A DNA stretch of 64,000 nt from Utricularia gibba (lineage: Eukaryota > Plantae > Magnoliophyta). Each line of letters begins with the position of its first letter. Position 1 is the stretch's first letter. Positions 41,484-53,501 of this stretch are shown here, in pieces. The stretch lies in contig CM007989.1 in NCBI GenBank assembly GCA_002189035.1, positions 1,798,001 through 1,862,000 on the forward strand, in the 5' to 3' direction. Position numbers and translations under genes: made by a program. Below the pieces are notes generated by a model. The model was not told where the DNA came from. It saw nothing but the letters and a program-made list of their open reading frames with translations, and searched no databases.

Positions 41484-42169
41484 TCATAGATCCTCCTGAT
41501 TGTAGCGGACGACGACGACGGGGCAGGCGCAGTGCTGGACGCAGTAATCACTCACGCTGCCAAGTTTGCCGTTCTTGGTGGTTCGGCGGTTGGCTCCGGT
41601 GCCTCGGCTCCCCATGATGACGGCGCCCAACCCCAGTCTCTCCACCTCCAAGCACAGCCTCTCCTTCATGTCGTGATCCTTCACAATGTGGATCTTCACC
41701 GGGATATGGGACTCCGTCAGCGGCGCCGCCATGTGATTTGCTTTCGCTACCGTGAAATTGTCGTACTCCTCTTCCATCTCCTCCAACGAGATACAAGTCG
41801 TGGTCATGGTCGTGCTCTCGGCGGAGCCTCCCGCCGCAGTTGGCGTTGTTGTCGTGGCCGTGGTTGTGGTTGGGGTGGAGGAGCCCCAGTCGGCGCCGTA
41901 CAGGATGGACGTGGAGCGCACGTGAAGCAGGTCACGTGGTCGCCGGATCGGAGGTAGTTATCGATGGCCCATTTGACCGCGTAGGCGCTCTCGTCGCTGA
42001 GATCCACCGCGATCCCGATTCGGCGCACCGACGGCGATCGATCGCGGTCTCGGTCTCTTGGGGAGGCCTGGGGCAGGGGGAACCGTGGAGAGGAAGCGCG
42101 GATCTGGACGCGCCTGAGGACGGGATCCGCAGTGGCTTTAGGGGAAGAAGAGGAAGCGGAGGAAGCCAT
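41484..42169 (-). CDS. Universal stress protein A family (PHOS32/34-like), intronless
   Basis: RRIGIAVDLSDESAYAVKWA, HIVKDHDMKERLCLEVERLGLGAVIMGSRG, LGSVSDYCVQHCACPVVVVR. One-base break at 41930-41931 (DHVT/LLHVRSTS). Confidence 0.93.
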
Positions 42170-42710
42170 GGGAATAACCGAAGAAATTACAAGTCAGGAA
42201 GAAGGAAAGTAGGAAACTATTTTGCAGTAAGTACAAAAAATGGAAGGGTAACAGATCCAGGCGAAGAAGAAGGTGAGCCTTTCCACTCTCCTCCTCAACT
42301 GCCTCCATTTTGTTACCTTATTCGGTTATATTATTTCCTTCATTTTTTAAATTGGTCAAAGCTGAACATTAATTTTTCGTATTAATTAAATTATTATTAT
42401 TTACTGACTAAATATAAATTTATGTCACACGAATGAATCAGGCCGTTTTAAAATTTGTATTCTTATAATTTAAAAAAAATTAAATTTAAATAATTGTTTT
42501 TATTTTTTTATGTATTATTATAATTGATTGAATACAATTTAATTTTTTAAATAATTATAAATTGAATACATTTTTACGATAAATTGAGTCCATTTTAGGG
42601 TATTCATGTAACGCAAATAAAAGAAGATCGAATTGTTGTCCAACTTAACCCGCTCCCTCAAAATAGCAATTGGCGGGAGACACACACCCGAGCAGTTCTT
42701 GCAGGAGTCG

Positions 42711-44480
42711 ATGGGAAGACGAATCCCTAGGCCAGATTTGGGAACGGATTGGAATTTTTCATTCACCAATCAAGACCTCGAAGCCATTGACGCCGCAGTT
42801 TCTTCCTTCACTAGGAGTCGTTCTTCTTTGAAGCGTCACGCGCCGCTCCATTCTTCTCCTGAGAATGACGCCCAAGTTGACCTCCCTCCTAAGACACGCC
42901 GCCGACTTCCGGAGTCTTTCGTCGTTTCTCACCAACAACAAGGTATTCTGGGTTGCCTTTGTCTCCTTTATTCTTTATTTACTTCTGAAGAGAAGAGCGG
43001 ATAGATTTGTTGGTCATCTTACGTTTTCACATGATTTAGATAAAAATCATGGGTTCATTACAAAATAGAAGCCAGCATTGTCCGGGAGAGTATGAGCGGA
43101 TAAAAGAACCAAGGACAAAGCGTAATGCGTCCTGGATGAGAGTTGAGTCATATTAGACTAATGGGAATGTTAGATTTGAGATTTGATTTATCCTCGTTTT
43201 TTTTCTGTTAAGAATAAAGGTAAATGATGCGAATTTTCTTTCTCAGAAGTAACATTTGAGGGTCGCATTGTGTATGGAAGGACCGTGGAGGACGTTGAAA
43301 AGGCAGCCCTTGAGCTTTTAAATTTTGCACGAGTTAAGAAGAGTGATGATGGCATGTGCGTTCTTGGCCTTGATATCGAGTGGAGGCCCAGTTTTAGAAA
43401 AGGTATATTCTTTCCAATGCTCTCTTGGTAGTACTAGCCATTACGGTAGCCCTTACATCTTGTGAATTGTTTAAGTGTCTTGGTCCTAGGATTTCATATT
43501 GGAAACCATTAGGAATGGTTATATCATGGTGGATTGCTAGTTTTTTATAATTGTATCCGTACATCGGCGTATTGGAGGGTTAGTTGTTTTAGATTTTCCA
43601 GTAAACCAGTTGATGGACTCTTTTGTTTGATGTTCTTGTGTGATTTCATGTTTCACTACTCATTGGCATTCGTGAAATTTTGAAGGTGTTTCTCCTGGGA
43701 AGGTTGCAGTGATGCAGATTTGTGGAGACAATAGTTGTTGCTATGTTTTGCACATTTTTCATACTCGGATTCCAGAAAATTTGAAAATACTTCTTGAGGA
43801 CCACACTGTGGTGAAGGTGGCAACAGATTCCCTTGGGTCTTGATTATGTTTTTTCTGTTTTATTTGGTAAATCGTATCATGATCTTGAACATTACGTCAC
43901 CACTTTACAGGTGGGTGCATGTATTGCCGGTGATGCTGCCAAGATGAAGGTAGACCATAACGTGACTATTAATAATTTGAGGGATCTTTCTGAGCTGGCT
44001 AATCAAAAGCTTGCATTAGGGCCAAGAAAGTGGGGTCTATCTGCTTTAGCCGAAGTGCTAATTTCTAGAGTGGTACTTTCGTTTTCACAACTCTTCTCCG
44101 TTTTTACAGTTTCATGTCCATCTTGTTTGTTTCGTAGCAAGAATCCTGGAATTCCTCTACGAACTCAAAGTGTTTTCATTTGAATGATGTAGTTACCAAA
44201 ACCTAAGCGACTCAGATTAGGAAATTGGGAAGCTAAACTTCTCTCGAATGATCAGTTGAGATATGCAGCAACGGATGCGTATGTGTCTTGGTACTTGCAT
44301 ACGGTAAACAGTCAATCTTCTACGTCCTCTGCCTTTTCTTTTTTCCATCAACTCATCTTCGTGTGGTCTTAACCACAGATACTGGTAAACATCGAAGATT
44401 CTGCAGGTGACCAAAGTACAAACTCCCCGGAGAAACTTGATGGGAATGAACCATGTACATGCTGGGTTGACTTCAGGTGA
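42711..44480 (+). CDS. WEX: Werner syndrome-like 3'-5' exonuclease; last exon uncertain (44480 or 44771)
   Basis: FTNQDLEAIDAA N-terminus, ExoI LGLDIEWRP, GKVAVMQIC, KVGACIAGDA, DLSELANQKL, LRLGNWEAKLLSNDQLRYAATDAYVSW (ExoIII). Confidence 0.9.
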
Positions 44481-45383
44481 TACCTTCACCGTGTCATCGT
44501 ATTCCTACCTCATGTCGTGCCTCTTGTAACACTATTTAAATTATCATCTCCATAGACCCTCATCACTTACTCTCACCCCATTGATGAAATCTTGAAATTT
44601 ATTCTGTTGATTTGCATACTTTGAATGTGGGAAGCAGACATAAAATGATCCAAAAGCCAATATTTTCAATCCCCTCTTTCTGTTTTTTCTCTGGATCCTG
44701 CATGCTTGATTCTACACAGGTGGAAAATCCTTCTCCCAGATGCGGTACTACAGGAGAAGAAACAGGCGTAATGCAAAGATTCTAATCAACACTGCTTCAT
44801 TCATCAAGGAGCTTCAGCGGGCTGTGTGCACGGTGAGTATATGACACTGAAGTAAAATCCTGCTTACTGTGCGTCGCTTTCCTCCTGGTAGCTGTCATGC
44901 TTCTTCTCTTTAATCCTCATTCATTTCTCTTTAAAGGGAAAGGCAGCTTCAGTCGCCCAATCAATGCGAAATGCGTCATGCAAATTAATATGTATGATGC
45001 GAATATTATTTTAAATTAATCAATCTAATAATTTGCCCCTACCCTCTATTTGGAATTGCCTAGATTTGGGGCCTAAACGCAATTATAATTTTTATTAGTG
45101 GGATGGCGGCCTTCAATTCTCGAAGATTAATTAAATTAAAAAAAGAAAAGAAAAAAGGAGCGCGTCGGTCATCAAGGGGAGACTGTGAAGGGAGATGGGG
45201 TTTCAAGTAATAATATTCTGAAGTGCACGGCCTACACAGAAACCGTTGCTCAGCACACCGACCCACGTCACGGAGCAGGAGCTTTTTTAGATCCAACGAT
45301 TGGAATTGCTCCCGGAGCGGCGGCGGGGGCGGGGGGGATTTGTGGATTTGATCGCGGTTTTTCTGTTCGCGGGATCCAGTTGA

Positions 45384-47386
45384 ATGAGGCGCCGGGGTCC
45401 GGACTTTCGGCGCCAAGTGAGGCGGCGATTTCCGAATGCGTGTTGGTTGGCGTTTGGTGTTTTTGTGATTGTGATTTTCTTCGTATTCTTCTCTGGAGAC
45501 AAGGGAGAAGCGCTTCCGCGACCCGATGTTGTTCAGGTAATGGACGCATTTATGTAGTTTGTTTCCAACAGATGGGGTGCGGCATTTACTGGATTATTGA
45601 ACACTGTTTCCGCCAACTGTGATCTTGCGTTCCTCCATCAGGGGGATGATGTTTCTCTCTTTTATATATTTGAAATGTGGATCGTATCATTCCAAATGGT
45701 GATTTTTGGAGATCATTGTGCGAGTGCGACTTTTGCTTAACAGTTCTGAATGCTTCAAGTTTTCTAAATGGAATGTTCTTTGACCCATTTTTGCTGGACT
45801 GGTTGGATTAGGCAAGTGTTGATACCTGTGCCGTCTTTGCTGTTGTCGTGTCTGTGCTGAATCAGTTAATTTCATTCGCATCTATGCCTTAATTGTCACA
45901 AGTATCATGGATCTCTTGCATCCCTTCTCTACAGAGATACAAAAGGCGTGAGAAGGTTGCTGAAGGTTTTAACGCCACAGAAGAAATGACAAGTCCTAGT
46001 TCTGTTCTGAGGCAACTAAATGACCAAGTTTCTCTAGCAAAGGCGTTTCTTGTTATGGCGAAAGCAAACAATGATCTTCAACTTGCATGGGAGCTTAGTG
46101 CCCAGATTCATGAGTCGCAGATCCTTCTCTCCAAGTCTGCCTTGCGAAGAACTCCTTTGACCACAAGTGAATCAGACAGTGCTATTCGTGACATGGCCAT
46201 TCTACTCCTCCAGGCTCAGCAGCTGCGTTATGATAGTGCTACCATGATCATGAAACTAAAGGCCACAATCCAGGGCCTTGATGAGCAGGTGAACTCTCTG
46301 AAAGAGAAGAGTAACAAGTATGGGCAAATTGCTGCAGAAGAAGTACCGAAAAGTTTGTTCTGTCTCGGTGTTTCATTAACAAGTGAATGGTTCGGGAATT
46401 CAAATTTAGAGAGGAAACTACGGGAGAATCGGCAGAAGGCTCCAATGCTTGAAGATAACAGTCTGTACCATTTTTGTGTCTTCTCCGACAATGTCTTGGC
46501 AGTATCAGTTGTTGTGAACTCTACTGCCTTGAATTCTAGACACCCTGAGATGATCGTTTTCCACATCGTGACGGATGAAGTGAATTACGCAGCTATGTGG
46601 GCATGGTTTACCATGAACAATTTTAAGGGTGTGACCGTTGATATTCAGAAGATAGAAGACTTCAGCTGGCTGAATTCTTCATATGCTCCAGTCCTGAAAC
46701 AGCTTCAAGATTCTGAAACGCAGAGCTACTACTTCTCGAGCACCGGTGGAGATAAAGCAACCCCAATCAAGTACCGGAACCCAAAATACTTATCCATGCT
46801 TAACCACCTAAGATTCTACATCCCTGAAGTTTTTCCTGCCCTGAAGAAGGTGGTGTTTCTGGATGATGATGTCGTGGTGCAGAAGGACCTTTCAGAACTC
46901 TTCACTCTGGACCTGAAGGGTAATGTGAATGGTGCAGTCGAGACATGCATGGAAACATTTCATAGGTACCACAAGTACTTGAACTACTCTCATCCTCTGA
47001 TCCGGGAGCACTTCGACCCTGATGCATGTGGGTGGGCATTTGGCATGAATGTTTTTGATCTAGTCGAGTGGAGGAGAAGAAATGTGACAGGCATCTATCA
47101 TTACTGGCAAGAAAAAAATATTGATAGGACCTTGTGGAAGCTGGGGACTCTACCACCTGGGCTCTTAACCTTCTATGGATTGACTGAGCCATTGGATCCC
47201 TCCTGGCATGTGCTCGGTTTGGGGTACACGATTGTCGATCAACAGCTGATTGAAAAGGGTGCTGTGCTGCACTTTAATGGCAACTCAAAACCATGGTTGA
47301 AGATAGGGCAAGAGAAGTATAAGTCCCTGTGGGACAGGTATGTGCATTATGGGCACCCTTTGATTCAACGGTGCAATGTCCATTAG
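45384..47386 (+). CDS. GAUT10: Galacturonosyltransferase (GT8, GAUT10-like), 2 exons (45384-45537, about 45935-47386)
   Basis: MRRRGPDFRRQVRRR plus a transmembrane segment; HFCVFSDNVLA, YLSMLNHLRFYIPEVFP, KVVFLDDDVVVQKDL, CGWAFGMN, LWKLGTLPPGL, HFNGNSKPWL. Confidence 0.92.
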
Positions 47387-47714
47387 GCAGGGCTAGCTTT
47401 TTGTAGCAAAAATTTCCAGATTTGTAATTTATGACATGAGAATAACCAACGAACAAATTGTAGCTTCTCTTTTTACCTTGCCCCAGTGGGAGGGCTACTG
47501 TGAAATTACCATAAAGCCCTCTCCATTACAGTAGATAGGAAGACCACATCAAGTGGTATCATTGTGGTAGGCCTGGAAACAAAAACAAAAGAATGCAGGG
47601 AAAGAAAGCAGCTAATCATTGTGAGCTTGTCTGTTATCTATCGTCCATTTGCGTCCGTCAAATTTTCTAGTGGTTCACTTGGTTGCCTGATCATCCCATC
47701 CTTGGAGGAGAAAC

Positions 47715-50700
47715 ATGGCTGACTTGTCTCTAACAGATGGAGTGCTCGGAGTTTCAGGGATACCCATTCTATCTGATGTCCATGAAAGTGTTTTTTTGAC
47801 GCCTGCCCAAGTTGATTCAGGTTGTTTCATTGGTGTTCACTCTGATAAGCCTGGCAGCTGCCTTGTGTTTCCAGTTGGGAAGCTCATGTACTAGTAACAC
47901 TGAACTCTTTTCCCCTATCTTGTTCTAAAGATGTGACCTGTCTTTTGCTAAGGGAAATAGCTTTTTGGCAGAGGATTAAGATTTCTAAGTCTGTATCGGT
48001 TCAAGTTATGGTGGATGACTCAGTGGATGGGCAAATGCGGGCAGGAAATACCCCACGAGACCCAGTTTTTGATGGTAGAGGTGCCTGATTCACTCACACA
48101 AGTAACATATTACGCCATCTTCTTGCCCATTTTGGAAGGCAGTTTCAGGGCTGTGCTTCAGGGGAATCCCAAGGATGAGCTGGAGATATGTTTAGAAAGC
48201 GGTATTTAAACATTGCAAAAGCTCTAGTACAAAAATAGAGAGAGGGAGTTTTCGCTTAGCAATTTCTCTGAGACTTCTTTTGCGTATGCAGGTGATCCTT
48301 CTGTTCAAGAACTTATAGGGAAAGATCTGGTTTATGTGGCTGCTGGCGTCGACCCATACCGCATCATCGAAACCTCTATAAAGTGGGTTCAGTTGTTATC
48401 TTCTATAACTGCTTTAATTCAGTAGACACTCTTTAACTGTGACACTTAAACCCAAGGAATTCACAACGAACAGTCCAATGAGGCATGGAAGGTACTTCCA
48501 GTGGGGCCTTTGTATTGCCAAATAGAAAAGAAGGTGGAATGCTTTAGTACAATATCCTAAAAGACGAAAAAAAAAAGCTATGCTACCATTGCTATCCGAT
48601 TTATGTATACTGTGCTTAAGAAGACTATTTTCATCAAGCTCCATGAGTTTTCCACCAATACGAGTAGCAAATAAATCATTTGTTTCTCAAAATGACTTGC
48701 AAGGGCAGATTTTTAGAACAGCACTTGGGGACCTTCTTCCACAGAGACAGGAAGGAGGTAACTCTTGTTTGCGTAGCCCTCTATTTTATCATTTTTGGGT
48801 GGATGGTCTATTGATTTTCGTGGTTTTTTGGTTTAGGTGCCTGATATTTTGAACTGGTTCGGATGGTGCACATGGGATGCATTTTATACTGATGTTACTG
48901 CTGATGGAGTAAAGGCAGGACTAAAGAGGTAATAGAAGGTTATTACCTGATGAAGATCCATGTGACAGATTTTTTGGTCTAAAATAAAACGAGCAGATTA
49001 ATTAGAAGTTATACTAGTTGAAGATACAGCTCTTTCTATGTTAAAGGGCTTCTTTTTGCTCTCAGCTTGGAGAATGGTGGAGCTCCTGCAAGGTTTGTGA
49101 TCATTGATGATGGATGGCAAACAGTTGAAATGGATCCTGTGAGTACTGAAGCCAGAATTGGGGACAGTGCCAAGTGAGAACTATAAATGCTTGAAATGTA
49201 GAAATGAGTATGTTGTTTTCTCTTCTTCAATGACTACATTTCCTTCCTATCATTTAAGTCTCAGTAATCGACTAAGTCGAATCACCGAGAATCAAAAATT
49301 CCAAAGGGATTACATTGGTGATGAAGAGGGACCAGGAACTGGATTTCGCCAAATCATTCATGAACTCAAAGACCAGTGCAGCTTGAAGTACATTCATGAA
49401 CTATCTCCTTTCCCTTCCTCCTTTTATCATATTTAAATTTTGGGTAACTTCTTCAGGTATGTTTATATCTGGCATGCTATAGTCGGGTACTGGGGTGGCA
49501 TTAAAGCTGACACTGCTGAAATGCAAGTATACAATCCGAAGATGGTTTCTCCTGTTATACCCCCTGGTGTTGAGTCAAATGGCATTGACTTTGTGATGAA
49601 GAGCATAATGATGAATAAAGTTGGCCTTGTCGACCCTGAGAAAGTTGACTCCTTCTACAATGATTTGCATTCCTACTTATCATCTGTTGGTATTGATGGA
49701 GTTAAAGTAGATAATCAGAGCATACTTGAAACTCTCGGGGTGGGATCTGGAGGGAGAGTAAACCTTGCTAGAAAATACCATGAAGCTCTAGAGACATCTG
49801 TCTCCAAAAACTTCGGGAACAATGGAACAATTGCTTGTATGAGCCACAGTATGGATTCTTTCTACAAGTAGGGGATTTCTCGTTCTTTCATCCTTAACTA
49901 CATGGCTTAGAGTTAGAGATGTTCTTAGCAAGCTTGTTTTGACATCTTGCAGCGCAAAGAAAACTGCAATTATCAGGGCATCAGATGATTTCTTTCCAAG
50001 AGATCCAGCTTCACATACCATCCATGTAGCATCAGTTTCTTACAACTCCATTTTCTTGGGAGAGTTTATGCACCCGGATTGGGATATGTTTCACGTGAGC
50101 ACTACATTTGCAAGTTTCTGTGAACTTTCAGGTACTAGTTTTTATTATAAACTACATGGTTTTATTGGCAGAGTTTGCATCCTATGGCCGAATACCATGC
50201 TGCTGCTCGAGCTGTTGGAGGCTGTCCAGTCTATGTCAGGTGCAGCCTTCGATGAATACTCCTTATTCTGCAAGATAATTTACAATCAATGCCTTGTTGT
50301 TTCAGTGACAAGCCTGAGAATCATGATTTTAATGTTCTAAAGAAACTTGTGCTGCCTGATGGATCCATCCTGAGGGCGAAACTTCCTGGAAGACCCACCA
50401 GAGACTGCTTGTTCTCTGACCCAACAAGTGACGGAAAAAGGTAACAACAAAATAAAGTTCAGCCCTCGTAGAATCAACAAGAAGCAATCCCAATCAACTC
50501 TACCGAAATTTGCTGCAGTCTTCTGAAAATCTGGAACATGAACGACTGTACTGGAGTTCTTGGCGTATTCAACTGCCAGGGAGCCGCATGGAGCCGAACA
50601 AGTGTAAGGAATGTGATCCATGACGAGCACCCAAAAACAATCTCCGGAACCATCCAGGCAATGGATGTGGCATACCTTGGAAAGGTTGCAGCAAAAGGAT

Positions 50701-51181
50701 GGGATGGAGACTGCATACTGTATTCTCACAGAGAAGGTGCAGTTCAGCTAGATCACTCTCCGTCTGATCCACCGAACTAGTTACTACTCTTCTGTTTCTT
50801 CCTTCCACAGGAAAACCAACATATGTTTCAGACAAGCAGCCCATCTCCATTGAGCTCAAAGGGCGAGAGTTCGAACTCTTCACAGTAGTCCCCGTGGAAA
50901 AACTCTCCAAGGAAGCAGCTTTTGCACCAATAGGCCTGATCAAGATGCTCAACTCCGGCGGAGCCATAAAGGAACTGAAGTACGAATCCAAGCAAGTTGT
51001 TCATATGAGAGTCCGGGGGTGCGGTGTCTTCGGGGCGTATTCATCTTTAAAACCAAGAAGAGTGGTTGTTGAGATGGAGGAGAAGGAGTTTGTGTATGAA
51101 GAGAGCTCCAAGCTTCTGAGTCTGAGTTTAGGTGTTCCTGTGGAGAAGACGTACCTCTGGAGCGTAACAGTTGAGCTTTGA
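47715..51181 (+). CDS. GH36 seed-imbibition protein / alkaline alpha-galactosidase / raffinose synthase family (SIP1/SIP2-like), multi-exon
   Basis: [88 protein letters not shown]. Confidence 0.95.
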
Positions 51182-53501
51182 GCTCCCTGTTGCTATCTTC
51201 AAATCATTCAGCATGAAACCTGAATCCCCACCATCATTCATCAGTTTCCACTCTCTGGATTTTTTTTCTCTGGAAACAATTCCTGTGGGAAATGATTTTT
51301 CATAAAAATGATAACTTTTGGAATAAAATTTGAAAAATGATTATCAATATTTATTTTCGTATATTTCATGCTACATTACCAGAAAATGATAAACAAAAGA
51401 TTAATCTACTTGATTCAGAATTGAGAGATAATATCAATATACTAAATATATTGTAATCAAATAAAATAAATTTTATTTCAAAACATATTCTAAGTTTTAA
51501 TTTAAGTAAAATTTAAAATAAACATCCATAGTCATTCACTAAGTAAACCATTAACAATCTTAAATATAAAAATTGAAAAACTATAAATAATTTTTTTCAT
51601 TTATAAAAATAATATTATTTTTAAAAACTTTTTAGCACTTTCATACCAACTCCAAATGCCAAGTGAAAGCATAAATACTACAGATACCAAATATGTGATA
51701 AAAATGATCAATTTTAATTAAAATTTTTTTATCTTAATGTGTGAAATAAAAAAAGTAAACATAGTCAGATTTGTAAATGACCCTAACTACCAAAGATTGA
51801 TGAGATGCTTATGACATCACATTTTCCATTTTATTAAATGATTTATAGTTTTTTTTAAGAAAAATCTCATTATTAGCATATCAAGATAAATTAAATTGGA
51901 ATTCAAGGTTATTAAAAAAATCTCATTATTATATAAAAAATTATATAATAATGCGTTACGTATTTAAGAAATTGAGATGAAAAATTTGATCGGAAGAATT
52001 AAATTATAATGTGTTATGTATTTAAGGTAATTCGGATTTATGACATAAGTACAAGTGAATTTAAATTATATTATATTAGTATATTCGGAGTTGGGGGAAA
52101 TAAATTAATATTTTAAATAAAAAATTCATAGACAGACGCATCCATGGGGATAGGACCACAATCAACTAGTCCCTTTCATTCCTACGCATTGTGATGCTCG
52201 CCCGAGCCCAGAGGATAAAGATTGGGCGACATAAAGCGCATCTCTCTCCCCTCCCCTCTTTTCGCACCGGGATCTGCTCGCCGGAAAGTTTCCGGATTTG
52301 CCGTCTGCCGATTACTCTTCCCAACTCACAACGCTTCTGAATCCGAATTGGAGCATCCCTCACTTGCCTCTCTTTTTCTTTTTCTTTCCGATCAGGTAAC
52401 CAACGATCTCTTGATTGAGTTCGATTCCTGTGCTTTATTTTCTTTTCTTTCCTTTTTTTCTGGTTTTCTGCGGGCCCTTCCGTGTGTTTCCTTTTCTCTG
52501 ATGGGGAATTCGTTTTTTTTGTTCTAGTTAGGAATATCAAGTGGTACGTTTTTGTCAGTTTGATGTGGGGGGAGGAATAAGTTTTTCCAGAAAAAAAGTG
52601 AGTCTTTCGTTTTGTTCATTCTTCTATTGCTTGTCTTTTTGATTCCCCGACGGATTCTTTGCTGGGCGAAATGCGGCCGTTGCTGCTCTTCTCTTTTCTT
52701 TTTTCTTGATTGTATTTCGCCGGCGGAATAAAGTTGAAGGAAAATAAACCGACATCGAAGGCTCAGAACTCCTAATTTCCTTTTTCTTGGTTTTTCTTGC
52801 GCTTATAGGGAAGCCTAGTGCTGCCCGAAGTTGTTGGGTCTCGCGAAGGTTTTTCTTGTCTGCTCCTCCCATTCTTCTCGGATATAGCATTTTGCTTTTG
52901 CTGAGATGTCTTGGTGATATTTGAAGCTTGAGAAACCGTAGTGTTGCTCTGGGAGGTTGGATCTTGCAAAGGTTTCTGCTTGTCTTTTTCTCCTAGTAGT
53001 TTGCCGATGTTGCTCTGAGAGGTTGAAAGGTTTTTGCTTGTCCTTTTCTCCTAGTGGTTTGCTTAATTTTAGAGCTGGTAAAGAAAAAAAAAAGGGTATC
53101 CTTTTGATCGGGTCTTTGTCTTTTCCTATCACTTTTGGATTCTATGTTAACTTAATACTCGTTGAATTTTAATTGTAATTTCTATGCCTTGGTTTGAATT
53201 CCTGATAAAGGATGCATCTGACTCGCTTGCTTGATTTTGTTGCGAGTATCGTGCATGACACAAAGTGTTGAAGCTTCGTCCAACATGGCCTTCGGTGTCT
53301 TTTTCTAATCCTGGTTTCAATTCAATGAGCGCATTTATGTTTAAAGCTATGCCACTGACATCACACACTGTTATCTTTTTCGAGGTTGCATCGTAGTGTT
53401 TATGGCATTTTTTAAATGCAACCTTTTGCTTCAAAAAGGTGGAATTATCTGAATAAATTCTGCCTACGATTTTTTATTATCTTTCGTGCTTGCAGTTTAT
53501 A

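Noticed and set aside
47593-47715. N-terminal transit-peptide extension of SIP by one-base repair
   Set aside because: The upstream frame stops at 47668-47670 and the SIP frame has TGA at 47688-47690, so one indel cannot join them.
30770-51181. Possible cell-wall/carbohydrate gene cluster (GT31, peroxidase, GAUT10, SIP)
   Set aside because: Interspersed with unrelated genes, no shared pathway, and these families are abundant in plant genomes.
51240-52140. Long AT-rich spacer as a possible transposon
   Set aside because: No convincing TIR, TSD or coding remnant found by eye.
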